A DNA stretch of 63,639 bases, counting the filler, from Reclinomonas americana ATCC 50394 (lineage: Eukaryota), in assembly GCA_048213135.1 (NCBI GenBank). It is 14 parts of 14 records of this genome, joined end to end, with 100 filler letters (N's around TTAATTAATTAA, not from the genome) between each part and the next. Parts side by side here need not be neighbours in the genome. Positions count along the whole stretch, not along the records: positions 12,090 to 19,170 come from AFZH01022964.1; positions 19,271 to 21,240 come from AFZH01022966.1; positions 21,341 to 23,185 come from AFZH01022967.1; positions 23,286 to 25,483 come from AFZH01022968.1; positions 25,584 to 44,475 come from AFZH01022969.1; 9 more parts are not named here. One strand, given 5' to 3'. Below, one piece after another: positions 13,204 through 26,341 of the stretch; position 1 is the stretch's first letter; each line of letters starts with the position of its first letter. Under the pieces are notes generated by a model, which ran no database searches, was not told the DNA's origin, and saw only the letters and a list, made by a program, of their open reading frames with translations. A program made the translations under genes and the position numbers.

Positions 13204-14706
13204 TCTCCGTGTGTGTGTGTGTGATTTGCTCGCTCGGGATTGTCACTGGTTCCCGCCTTTCTTCTCCCGCCTTGCTCCGAGACGTCGTCCATCCCTCGCC
13301 AGGCTGCAACCAGCACCCCACACACATGCGGTAGTGTGTGAACGATGTGACTTCGTTGATGCGTGTGGGCTTTCGAAGACCGACATGTGACGTCGACTCG
13401 TCGATGAGAAACCGAAAGAATGGACATGCAAGGTGGTGGTTGTGACACGAGGTTGGCGCTCCATTGCATCGAGACCGGCCAGCATTCTCTGCCAACGAGG
13501 ATTGGAATGCCGGGCTGCTTGGATATGCAGCTGTGGTCCAGCTGTGCTGAAGCCACAGCACACTCGAGAATCCAATGAGCACCGAGCTCGAGTCATCGAC
13601 TCCTTGGATCGGTCCACCGCGAAGTTGAGGTGAGACAATGAAGAAAAACAGCCACAAGAGACAGGAGAGCAGCGACCAGTACAGTAGCACAGCGGTGGAA
13701 GAGGCAGCTGCGTCGTGAGACTCGCCTCCCCTCACCCAAATCACAATCAATGCCTCGCGCCTTCAATCACACTCACATTCGGTCGGTGAATCGTCTCACG
13801 CATGTACTGTGAGGCATGGAACCGCGCGCCGTCGACGTCATTCCAGTCACTTGCCAGCACGCCTGTCACACAGAATTGAGTCAGTCGATCTCCGATCTCA
13901 TCAACTTGCTCCTCAGTGCAGAAACAGAACACGCACTCACCACGTGTTGCTGGCGTCGCACGTGTTTGCAGTCTCCCATGGCCACCACCAACAAACTCAC
14001 TTGGCAGTGCCAGCAGCAACCAATATGCGCACATCATCGATCCGCCCCGATTGCCAGCCGGGACTGAAAACGATCCACCGACCAGGCCACCATCACACAT
14101 CACGGCACACATGTGCACATCCACCCAACCACGTTCTCCATGACGTGCACGGCCTGCATAATTGAGGTGAGTGGGAGGGAAGGAGGAGAGAGAGATCACG
14201 AAGAACAGGGCCACACAACTGCATCGTGCATTGGTGGGATTCAGGTGTGGAGCCGACTGAGTGAGGTGACAGCCGGCAGCGGGCAATGCACAGCACGTCT
14301 GTCATCGTACTTCCAAAGTGCCTGCATGCCAGTGTGCGATGTGAGCAAAGGAATGGAGGAAGGAGAGAGATATCTGCTCTGTCTCACTGACAAACACACT
14401 GATCAGCACCTGATACCAACACGCGGTTTCGTCAAGAGGCAAACCGAGGGATGCTTCTGTATACACGTCCATCCTGCAAAGGAGATGAGTTCGAGAGAAG
14501 AATCAGCATGCAGTCATGCCATCTCACACACTTCGGCATCGGGAAGCTCACCATGATGAACTGGCAGCATGGCAGTCGGTGCATCATGAGTAGGGAAGCA
14601 TGCTCGGCCTCTAGCGAGTGCGGGAGGGATGGGGTGGATGACTGGGGAGGCAGATGAGCGCACAAAGGAGGGAGATGGTGGGGACGAGAGAGACTCTGCA
14701 AGCTTA

Positions 14707-14803
<97 letters not shown>

Positions 14804-15308
14804 GAGAGAGAGAGAGAGCGGAATGGCAGGCGTTCTTCAGAGTCGGAAGGAGAATGTCTACGGCGCACAGGCACAATGGGAAGCAGAGCAGTGATGCCAA
14901 AGTGGTGCGCAAAAGAAGACGCGAGGAAACAAACATCGGTGACTCGCTCTCCTGAGGCACATACATGCACAGCTGAAGATGCACACACAACAGACTTCAC
15001 AACGAGACAAAAAACGCAAGAGACTCCCAGGTGATTCATCGCACTGGCACACACAAACTGAGGTGAGAAAGAGACACGCACACAGAGGGAGACATGCTTC
15101 ACGCCCGCACAATCACATTCACGTGTACATGACAGGGCAACAAGCACGCGAGAACAATTCACCACCATCAACAACGACTTCTCTCTCCTCCTCTGTCGTC
15201 CTCTCTTCCCCCACCCACACCGACATGATCACCCACTCTCCCTCGCAAGACACGAAAAACAAGTCATGCTCACTAGTAGCCATCTGTCCCTACCTCTGAC
15301 TCACCACT
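13204..15308. repeat. Spacer module Y of the WD40 arrays; other copies at 10508-11989, 16477-18645, 37766-39928, 43173-44475 and 45578-47205
   Basis: Shared blocks include cttctcccgccttgctc.gagacgtcg, ccttggatcggcccacagcga, tcaatgcctcgtgccttcaatcacactcac, cctgcataattgaggtgagtgggagg and caaacacaccgatcagca.ctgataccaac. Confidence 0.9.
14710..14818. repeat. (GACA)n then (GA)n microsatellite
   Basis: Perfect tetranucleotide run seen directly. Confidence 0.95.
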
Positions 15309-16476
15309 TCAGCACCGGAAAAGGACGACCTCGGCATCCTCGACGATGAAGCAGCGCAGAACCAGCTCGGGAAGGCATCGTGAATCTACTTCTTCCTCGT
15401 CCTCCTGCATCTCCTGCACAGCTCGTATGGCCGAGCGCGCGGCGTCGAGTTCAAGGCGAGCAAGGCCACGCGGCGTGGACCACACTCGCACCGTCCTGTC
15501 GTAGCCACCCGCACTCACAACGTGCAGACCATTGGGAGAGACGGCCACAGACGACACCCATCCGTCATGTCCCTCCAACCATCGCTCTTCCTCGCCACTC
15601 ACCAGAGACCACATCCGCACTGTGCTGTCCTTGCTCCCACTCACGACATGCTGGCCGTCGGGAGTAACAGCGACGGCGCGCACCCTTCCAGAGTGTCCCT
15701 CCAATCGTCGCACTTGGTCTCCACTTATCAGCGACCATACCCGCACGGTGCAGTCCCCGCCCCCGCTTACGATGTGCTGACCATCTGGAGTAACAGCGAC
15801 AGACTGCACCCATCCAGTATGTCCCTCTAACCGCCGCACCTCTTCCCCGCTCGCCAGCAACCACACCCGCACTGTGTTGTCTTCACCCCCACTCACTACA
15901 TGCTGACCATCAGGGGTGACAGCGACGGAGGTCACCCTTGTAGTGTGTCCCTCCAGCCGTCGCACCTCCTCCCCACTCGCCAGAGACCACACTCGTACTG
16001 TGCAGTCCCAGCTCCCACTCACGATGTGATGACCCTCAGGAGTGATGGCGACAGACATCACCGTGTCGGCGTGCCCCTCTAACCGTCGCACCTCTTCCCC
16101 ACTCGCCAGCGACCACACACACACGGTACAGTCTCCACCGCCACTGACAATAAGCTGATCATGACAATCAAGAGTGACGGCGACAGAGAACACCGCGCCA
16201 GCGTGTCCCTCCAGCCGTCGCGCCTCCTTGCCACTCGCCAGAGACCACACTCGAATCGTGTTGTCCATGCACCCACCGACAATGTGCTGACAATCGGGAG
16301 TGACGGCGACGGACCGCACCGAAGAAGCGAGACTCTGAATGATCTGTGTCGATCATTCGCGGTGAGACACACATACACAAACACACAAACAACAACCACA
16401 CACACGCACGAGCACACGAATGCACGCACAGACACCAAACACGCAAAAGTGCGCACACTTTCACCTTTGTTGTCAT
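15309..16476 (-). CDS. WD40-only protein copy 3 (7 repeats, type-B tail)
   Basis: Exon 1 is 16465-16476 (MTTK), intron 16344-16464, exon 2 is 15309-16343. Tail ..EEVDSRCLPELVLRCFIVEDAEVVLFRC*. Confidence 0.9.
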
Positions 16477-18645
16477 TCTCCTGCTCAGGATTGTCACGAG
16501 TTCCCGCCTTTCTTCTCCCGCCTTGCTCTGAGACGTCCCTCATCCCTCGCCAGGCTGCAGCCAGTACGCCACACAACATGCGGTAGTGTGTGAACGATGT
16601 GGCTTCGTTGATGCGTGTGGGCTTTCAAAGACCGACATGGGACTTGTCGGTGAGAAATCGGCAGAATGGACATGCTGGCGACACAAGGTGGCGCTCCACT
16701 GCATCGCGCTGCTGACCAGCGACACTCTCTTTCGACTGACCTGCATCATCTCTCAACAAGGACTGGCATGTCGGTCTGCTTGGATACGCAGTTGTGGCCC
16801 TGGTGTGCTGATGCCACGCCACACCCGAGAATCCATGGAGCACAAACGAGTCATGGATACCTCACACCTCCTTGGATCGGCCCACAGCGAAGCTGACGAG
16901 GTGCACGTCATGATCGTACGACGAAGAAGGAGAGTCACAGGGAACAGGAGAGGAGCGACCAGCACAGCAGCTCAGCGGTGGACGAGGCAGCTGTGTCGTG
17001 AGACTCGCCTCCCTCTCACCGAAGTCACAATCAATGCCTCGTGCCTTCAATCACACTCACAGTCTGTCGGTGAATCGTCTCATGCATGTACTGTGAGGCA
17101 CGGAACCACGTGTTGCCCAGTGGCCAATCACTTGCCAGCACGCCTGTCACACAGAATTGAGTCAGTCAATCTCCAAGTCTCACCAACTTACTCCTCAACG
17201 CAGATGCAGAACACACACGTACGCACCAGGCCACGCACGTGCCTGCAGTCTTCCATGGCCATCACCATCATTACTTGGCGGCGATAGCAGCAACCAAGAA
17301 GCGCACATCATCGATCCGCTCTGACTTGCCAACCGGGATCGAGAACGATCCACCGACCAGGCCACCCATCGGGAAACACGACACGCATGTGTCCACCCAT
17401 GAGTAGATTGCCGAGCACGCGTCTGCAGTCTTCCATGACCACCAGCATCGTCACTCGGCAGTGTGAGCAGCAACCAACGTGCGCACATCATCGATCCGCT
17501 CCGACTTGCCAGACGGGATTGAAAACGATCCACCGACCAGGCCATCCATCGCACAGCACGGCACGCATGTGTACACCCACCCAGCCACGCTCTCCATGAC
17601 GTGCACGGCCTGCATAATTGAGGTGAGTGGGAGGGAAGGAGGAGAGAGAGAGATCACGAAGAACAGGGCCACACAACTGCTGAGTGCACGGTGGGATGCG
17701 AGTGGGGAGCCGAGTGAGTGAGGTGACGGTCGACAACGGGCAATGCACATCACGCCTGTCATCGCCACGACATGCTTTCCATGGTCTCTGCATGCCGGTG
17801 TGCTGTGAGCAAAGAATGGAGGACGGGGAGAGAAATTCGCTCTGTCTCACTGACAAACACACCGATCAGCATCTGATACCAACGCGCGTTTGTCAAGAAG
17901 CAAGCCAAGGGACGCTCACACAACCATCCTGCAAGGGAGAGAAGGAGCAGAGTCAGTATACAGGTATGTCACCTCACACACTTCGGCATCGGGATACTCA
18001 CCATGATGGACTGGCAGGATGGCAATCGGAACACGGTGAGCGGACCAGAAGCTCGACCTCGAGCGTGTGCGGCAAGGAGGGGTGGATGCCTGGGGAATCA
18101 GATGAGCGCACAAAGGCAGGGAGACGGTGGAGAATGAGATAGACTCTGCAAGGGACAGAAAGGGAGAGAGAGCTGAAAGACAGGCATTCTTCGGGGCGGA
18201 AGGAGAATGTCCACGGCGCACGCGCCAATGGGAAGCAGAGTATAGCGGTGCACAAGACGCGAGGGAAACAGACAACGGTGACTCGCTCTCATGAGGCACG
18301 TATATCAGCGACGAAAGATGCACGCACAACAGACATCACAACGAGGGGAAATGAAATCACAGACTCCAATTGATTCATCGCACTTGCAACACACAAACTG
18401 AGGTGAGAAAGAGACACGCACACAGAGGGAGACATGCTCCACGCCCACCCACTCTCATTCACATGACAGGGCAACAAACACGGGAGAAGAATTCACCACC
18501 ATCAACAGCCATCTCTCGATCTCTCTCCTCTGTCATCCTCTCTTCCCCACCTGCATCCCGCATGATTACCCACTCTCCCTCGCAAGACACGAAAAAACAA
18601 CTCACGATCACCAGCAGCCACCTTCCCACCCTTTGGCTCACCTTC

Positions 18646-19170
18646 TCAGCACCGAAAAAGGACGACCTCGGCATCCTCGACGATGAAACAGCGCAGAACC
18701 AGCTCGGGAAGGCATCGTGAATCTACTTCTTCCTCCTGCATCTCCTGCACAGCCAGCATGGCCGAGCGCGGCGTCGAGCTCGACGCGAGCAAGGCCGCGC
18801 GGCGTGGACCACACTCGCACGGTCTCGTCGTGGCCACCGACGCTCACAATGTGCTGACCATCGGGAGAGACGGCCGCACACGACACCCATCCGTCATGAC
18901 CCTCCAACCGTCGCACCTCCTCGCCACTCTCCAGAGACCATACCCGCACGGTGCTGTCCTCGCTCCCACTCACGACTTGCTGGCCATCGGAGGTGACGGC
19001 CACAGACGACACCCATCCAGTGTGTCCTTCTAGTCGTCGCACTTCTTCTCCACTCGTCAGTGACCACACTCTCACCGTGTTGTCCCTACAGCCACCCACG
19101 ATGTGCTGACCGTCTGGAGTAACAGCGACTGAAATCACCCATCTAGTGTGTCCTTCCAACCGCCGCACTT
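18646..19170 (-). pseudogene. WD40-only copy 4 (type B); 5' part in gap, 2-bp deletion in tail
   Basis: Three WD repeats are visible. ggccgagcgcggcg here versus ggccgagcgcgcggcg in copy 3 shifts the tail into another frame (ORFs 18638-19168 and 18646-18837). Confidence 0.7.
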
Positions 19171-19468
19171 NNNNNNNNNNNNNNNNNNNNNNNNNNNNNN
19201 NNNNNNNNNNNNNNTTAATTAATTAANNNNNNNNNNNNNNNNNNNNNNNNNNNNNNNNNNNNNNNNNNNNCCCTTCGGCGATCGCCTTGTCCTCTCATGT
19301 ATTGTACGTGACAAGACGTGTTGCTTTCGTTCAACACGGGGGCGACGAAGTAGCACCGAACTAGACACGAGCAGTTCTACTTTCCTTTCGTCCTACGTAC
19401 CAACTACTCTCGCATCCTCCTCTCTCTCTCTCTCACCCTCTCTCTCTCTTCCCCCTTTTTATCACCAG

Positions 19469-20036
19469 ATCCATACACCAACGCCACCTCCGTGACCATC
19501 GCCTCTCCCTCCTCGGCGGCGGCTGCGGAGCCTCGCGCCCCTCTTCCACCGATGCCGACGTGCATCCACCACTCGAATCGCCGCCGGCCTCCAAGTATTC
19601 GGTGCCGGTGGCTTTCGACAATTCCCCTGCTTCTACACCCGCACCTGCGCCGTCGCCCCTCCAACAAAAGATCCACGCGCTCCACGCGGCCAACACCATG
19701 AAGGCCGTGCTCCCACTGGCCAACGATCCCAACAACCTCTCCGCTCTGGAGTGCCTCGTTTCGTCGACACTCAATGAGTTGAAAGTGTGTGGGAGGAGTC
19801 TCTCTGTCTGACGCATCCGCCTCTCCCAGGTTCCCCTATGGGCCAATCAGACGACAGCCGAGGCCGACTCGGCGGGGGGTCGTGCCACAGCGCAGATGGC
19901 AGACGACATGTTGGACAAGTTTGTCAGTCGTGAGAGGCCGACAGATAAGGTACGGCGATACTGACGATGGACCTCTCACTGGGCGCACATATACACACAC
20001 GCACGCACCGCGAGTGAGTGAGTGAGTGAGTGAGTG

Positions 20037-20096
<60 letters not shown>

Positions 20097-23000
20097 TGTC
20101 TCTACTCGTATGTGTGGCGGTCGCTTGTGGATGCCATCTCTCTCTCTCTGTGTGTGTATGTGTGTGAGTGCGTGTGTGTGTGTCTCACTCTATCTCTGTC
20201 TCACTCACATACTCACTCACTTATTCACGCACTCACTCACACATACAGAAGATAAATTGAGAATAATCCGGATGCTTATCCTCTCTCTCTCCTCCTCTCG
20301 CTCTCTCTCACTCTCCCTTTCCACCCCCCTCTTCTCTCTGCTTGTATGTGTGCGTCATGGTAACCGAGCTGCTGTGGCTGAAAGAGGGCGCTCTTGTTCC
20401 TGTTTATTTGTGCACTTAGTGCTTGAATGAGGTGATGACCTGTCCAGTTTGCCAGTACTATCTCCTTCTGAGCCCTTGTCCACATCTCAGTGTCTCTCTT
20501 CGACTGCGCGTGTCTGCACTCTCACATTCCCTTTTGCTGACGCCGCCTTCTCACGAAACATCTCCATCAGGTGCTGGTGGTGTCCGGATGGTCCGGTGGC
20601 GGCAAGTCCGTCCTGCTGCGCCAGCTGACCGCCCGCCTACACGCACGTGACGACACACTGGTGTTGTCGGCTCGCCTGCCCGGCATTCCACACCAAGAAG
20701 TGCTGCGCAGAGCAGGAGCACTATTGCCTCACCTTTTGCGCGAGGCCAATGAAGCCGTTCTGGATGAGAAGATGCACGTGACCGAGGAAGAGGTAAGCAT
20801 GTCGTTTGCGTTTTTACCCGTGCGTTATTCGTGTTGTTCTTGCTGCGATGATGAGAGCACGGATTCTGGCGTTGCATGAGTTTCTGTATGCGGTACCCGC
20901 AATACGCTGTCTCGCATTTCCTTTTGCTATATCTCATTCCATTCTGTTCGCAGCGATTCCCTCCTCTTTCTCTTGGTGACTTTTCTCACTCTCTGCCTTT
21001 ATTTCTGTGCTCATTGCTCTCAAACACTCTGCCCCGTCTCTCTCTCTCTCTCTGTAACTCCTTCACATTTCTTGCACGCACTGTCCATGGCTTATGCACT
21101 CTCTGCCTCTCTCTTTCTCCTTCCCCACTCCTTCTCTCTCAACCTTTCCACCTTTCAGCCCTTCACTTCTCTCTCCGCTCGTTTTCTCTGTCTCTCTCTC
21201 TCCACTCGTTTTCTCTGCTCCATGTGAGTCCTTGTCTCCANNNNNNNNNNNNNNNNNNNNNNNNNNNNNNNNNNNNNNNNNNNNTTAATTAATTAANNNN
21301 NNNNNNNNNNNNNNNNNNNNNNNNNNNNNNNNNNNNNNNNCTCTCTCTCTCCCCACCCCTTCTCTTTCTCTCCATTGCTGCGATTTCTCATAATTTCTCT
21401 GCATCTTCTCACCCCCTGCGCCTCACCCCCGTGCAGCTCCGACGCATCGGCACCGTCGTGCTTGTGCTCGACGGATACGACGAGTGCGGTGAGCCACCTG
21501 GCAATCTGTACGTCAACCACGAGCTGGGTGTTGCGTTTCTCTACCAAGTGATGCATCAACAACACACACACAGTGACTCTTACTCGAATCACCCAGTGCC
21601 GGCCCAACGTTCTCCTGGTGATGTCGGTGCGACGCGAGTTCATCAGCCGCATCGGCAACCTGTGGGCAGAGGGGCATTTTGTGCCAGTGGACGCAGATAT
21701 ATCACGTGCTGCGCGGCTTGAGCAGCCTGAACGGACGCTGGCGCGATGCATGCTGCGCCACTTTTCCAAGGACGACGTTGATCTCTTCCTCCAAAAGTTG
21801 CGAGCATTCCTGCCAATTTCCCCCTTTGCACATCTGACTCTTACGCTGTCTGCGCAGGTTTGTGGAGTCGCATGCGGGACATTCGCGCTCGTGGGAGCAG
21901 TACAAGCAGCAGATCAGGCGCACGCCTGGGCTGGATGGACTTGCGTCGTCGGTGAGTCGATGGCGATGGGAAAGGGAAAGGGACACATTAGTGTGCACAA
22001 AGAGAGAGTGGCAAGGCAAGCGGGCATTAGGGAACTGACGCGCTACTAAGGAAATGAGTGCCAAGAGGTTCACACAGACAGTAGTAGGACACCTGATGTG
22101 ATGTGAGGAGGGTAGTTTCCTCCGTCAGCATAGGCTTTGGTGTGTAGATACAACAGAGTGCATCAGGATGAGTACCGGCACGAATAGGGAAGAGGATCGC
22201 CGGGAACACACCAGAATCAGAAGTGCTGGAAATGTTACGGAGACGGGCTTGATGCAGAAGTACAACAGAGTGCACCAGAAAGAGTGGCGATACGGAGAGT
22301 GAAGTGGAGCGCCGGGTATCAGAAGGTCAGCGCAGAGACGGCACTCAGAATAGCAGGATAAGCGAATCAGAAGTGCACGAAGTACTCCAGAGTTGGGGCT
22401 TTGAAGCAGAAGTACAACGGTGGGCGCAGGGAAGAGTGGTGGTACGAATAGGAAAGAGAATGGCCGGGCACGGAGAGTTTAGAAGTGAGCGCCAGAAGAG
22501 ATAGGTTCGCGCCGTCAGAAAGGACGAGTGGTTACAATCGAGTTCGGCGCAGTGACGGCGCCGATAGTACAGAAGTGCAGGAATTTGTTAAAGTGCAGGG
22601 TAGTTTCATCTGTCAGCAGGGGCGCTGATCGCGGGAAGAGTGGTGGTATGAATAGGGCTGAGGAACCCCGAGTGCTCAAGGTAGAAAAATTGTGCCAGTA
22701 GAGGCTGGATTACAGCCACCACAACAGGACGTGATGCAGAATTCTGACGGGAAGTGTGGTTGTACGACAAATGGGAGGACAGAGTGTACAAGACCTGTGA
22801 CAGATGAGAGTGGTTATACGACAGGAGGGAGGACAGAGTGTACAGGAACTGTGACAGAGGAGAGTGGCTACTCTACACGTGGCTACTCGACACCTGATGC
22901 AAGTAGATTCCGAATAGTTTCAGAAGAAAATCTGAATGAGGAGAGCATAAGTGCCGACTGCTCATCCTACACGTCGAGTGTGCTGTGCGTTGTTCTCACT

Positions 23001-25973
23001 TTTTTCATCGTGCAGCCTCTGATGTTGAACATGATTGTACTGGTGATGGAGGATCTGGAGAGAATCGGACACCACCACGGTAGTGGTGATGACTCCGCAC
23101 CACGGCTGTCGCGAGTGACCCGTGCACGGTTGTATGAAGCGTTTGCCAAACGCAAACTGCGACTGGAATTCGAGCATTACCAAATNNNNNNNNNNNNNNN
23201 NNNNNNNNNNNNNNNNNNNNNNNNNNNNNTTAATTAATTAANNNNNNNNNNNNNNNNNNNNNNNNNNNNNNNNNNNNNNNNNNNNTTATCTCGTGTGTGC
23301 GTGTTTGTCCTGTGTGCCTTGTGCAAATCGCGTCGGTGGTGTGAATCACTCACATCGCTCTATTCTTCATCCTCCCCTCCCCTCCTCTCTCTCTTCTCAC
23401 TCTTCACCTACGGCTACCACTATACAGATTTCGCGCTCAGATGAAGATTTGATAGTGGGTGAGGAGAGGAGACAGCCAGCTGCACGAGAGATAAGAGAGA
23501 CTGTTGTTTCTGACTGAGACGTATGTGGGAGTGTCTGGCGTCCCTGATGGCGTGGTCAGAGATGTCAGAGAGAGATGAGAAAGAGAAGTGGAAGTATTTT
23601 TTGGTGCCACTGTCCCTTTTTTGGTGGGCTGTGTTGCGCACATCACCGTTCCGCCCAGACACCCTCGTTCATGTCTCACTCTTCTTTCATCTCTTTCCCT
23701 ACTTATCTGTGCCACTGTCCCTTTAAGTGGGCTGTGTTGCGTACATCACCGTTCCGCCCAGACACCCCCGTTCATGCCTCACTCGTCTTTCATCTCTTTC
23801 CCTACTTATTTGTGCCACTGTCCCTTTTCATCACCGTCCCACCCAGACACCCTCATTCGTGCCTCACTTTTCTTGCATCTCTTTCCCTATTTTTTGGTGC
23901 CACTGTCCCTTTTCATCACCGTTCCGCCCAGACACCCTCGTTCGTGCCTCACTTTTCTTGCATCTCTTTCCCGACTTTTTGGTGCCACTATCCTTTTCAT
24001 CACCGTCCCATCCAGACACCCTCATTCGTGCCTCACTCTTCCTTCATCTCTTTCCCCCTACGGCAGCGCACTCACCAATCCCTCGCGGAGCAAGAATTGT
24101 GGAACAAGTGGTTCGATCGCTCTGACCCGTTGCAGAACTCGCTTGTTCGCGCTGTTGCGTTGCGCTGTTGCGTTGTGCTGTGTGACCTCTCTGTGTGCGT
24201 CTTATTTGAGTTTGACGGTTCAGGCATTGTTGAAGTGGAGCCGACTTGGAGTGTCGCAGCAACGTGTCGAGTTCATGCACAAATCTGTGCTTGAATACTT
24301 TGCCGCACAGTCGTGGCTGGCGGATGTGCAGATGTTGGCCAATGACGAGGTGGAGTTGGAGGTGAGCAATGGCGCGCGTCGCTCTGCTTGTACCAACTGC
24401 ACGATTGTCATGGTGCTTCTGTTTTGTGCAGGATCGAGTCGACCGATTGTGCTACAGTTTCAGTGGACAGCGGGCGCTACTCACATCGGATGAAGTGAGC
24501 GCCTCTGTATCATCGCCGCGTGTGCTCATCTCAATCACTCACTCCTCCTTTTCCATGATCGCAGGCTCTCAACTCCATCCTGTCATTCATTGCCGAGCAA
24601 GTGCAGTCAGATCCGTCTCTCCACGACGCATTATGGAAGGCCATTGCACTCTCGCGCACAGAGGAGAGAGTCACTGCCGTGTCATCGAGTGCGGCAAGTG
24701 CGCTGTGCCTCGCAGAGGTGTCGTTCAGTGGACGCGATCTGTCGGGTGTGCGTATCCCAGGTGCGGACTTGAGGGACGCAGTGATGCATAGGTCGGTGTG
24801 GCGTGGTGCCGATCTGCGAGGGGTGAATCTGTGCATGGCCTTTGCGAAAGAGGCGGATATTCGAGGGGCGGATGTGACGGGTGTGAGGTGGCCGAGGAGG
24901 CCGATGGTGGGACACGCCGACGACGTAAACGCTGTTGCATTCACACTCGACGGTCTCCACATTGTGAGTGGCGGCCGAGACAAAACATTGCGAGTGTGGT
25001 CACTGGCGAGTGGGAAAGAGGTGCAGCGGTTGGAGGGGCACGCTGGTGAGGTGCGCTCCGTTGTCATCACTCCCGATGCGCAGCACATTGTCAGTGCCGG
25101 TGACGACAAGACCGTGCGCGTGTGGTCGCTGGCGACTGGACTAGAGGAGCGACGGTTTGAGGGACACACCGATAGAGTGTTCTCGGTCGCAGTCTCTCCC
25201 GATGGTCAGCACCTTGTCAGTGGGAGTAGAGATGCAACGGTGCGAGTGTGGTCGTTGGCGAGTGGAGAGGAAGTGCGGCGGTTGGACGGGCACACCGACT
25301 ACGTGCGGTCCGTCGCCATTACTCCGGACGGCCAGCACATTGTGAGTGGCAGTGGCGACAAGACTGTGCGTGTGTGGTCACTGTCGAGTGGAGAGGAGGT
25401 GCGACGGTTGGCAGGACACACGGATGATGTGAGGGCGGTCACGGTCACACCCGACGGCCACTTTATTGTGAGTGGGAGTAATGNNNNNNNNNNNNNNNNN
25501 NNNNNNNNNNNNNNNNNNNNNNNNNNNTTAATTAATTAANNNNNNNNNNNNNNNNNNNNNNNNNNNNNNNNNNNNNNNNNNNNTTGAGTGCGAGTCGAGA
25601 TAAGATCGTACGCATGTGGTCACTGGTGAGTGGAGAGGAGGTGCGACGGTGGGAGGGACATGCGGGCTGGGTGACCGCCATCGCCGTCACTCTCGACGGG
25701 CAGCACGTTGTGAGCGGGAGTGAGGACCAAACAGTGCGAGTGTGGTCGATGGCGAGTGGAGAAGAGTTGCGACGATTGGAGGGGCACACGGACTGGGTGC
25801 AGTGTGTTGCCGTCTCTCCTGACGGGCAGCAGATTGTCAGTGGTGGGCGTGATAACACGGTGCGAGTGTGGTCGACGTTGGTGGCGAGTGGAGACATGAA
25901 GTGGCGAGGTGCGCTGCTGCAGCGGGTCTGTGGGTCTTTTTTGCCGGATTTTGGGGGTGTGTTGTATGAGTAA
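19469..25973 (+). CDS. NLR-like protein 2: intron-rich NACHT/STAND NTPase, pentapeptide repeats, WD40 repeats (spans three gaps; N-terminus uncertain)
   Basis: Walker A exon [13 protein letters not shown] (20571-), Walker [11 protein letters not shown] (~21455-21483), sensor-like [17 protein letters not shown] (~23016) and [13 protein letters not shown] (~24270). These are followed by [19 protein letters not shown] pentapeptides and WD repeats at 24.9-25.9 kb, ending [13 protein letters not shown]. Confidence 0.8.
20014..20096. repeat. (GTGA)n/(GT)n microsatellite in an NLR2 intron
   Basis: Seen directly. Confidence 0.95.
23600..24056. repeat. Intronic minisatellite, about 5 copies of a ~85-105 bp unit
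   Basis: Recurrent gtgccactgtccctttt..catcaccgttccgcccagacaccctc..catctctttccc. Confidence 0.85.
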
Positions 25974-26341
25974 ATGCACAGGCCCGAGACGGATTGTTGA
26001 TGATGGCATGACTGCCTGATTGTGTGAAGCGTGGCGTGGTCAACAAATGCCATGCAAATGCAGCCTGGTGAAAGGACGCCTCACCCGCATACACAGATCG
26101 CTTCTCTGCACGTCACAAGGAATGCAGGCTTCTAGCTGTGTGTTGACGCTGGACATCATTTGGCACTGTGGGGGAGAAATAATTGTCGCGTTGACTGTTG
26201 TGAACGGAAGCGACGTCGGAGACCACGCCATATTATTTTTGTCCACAATCACACGGAACTGTTTCCAGAGACCGACTCGAATGAAACCGGAAAGAAAGGT
26301 CACGGAGCAACGTGATCTGCTCTTCACAAAGACGACGCCTG

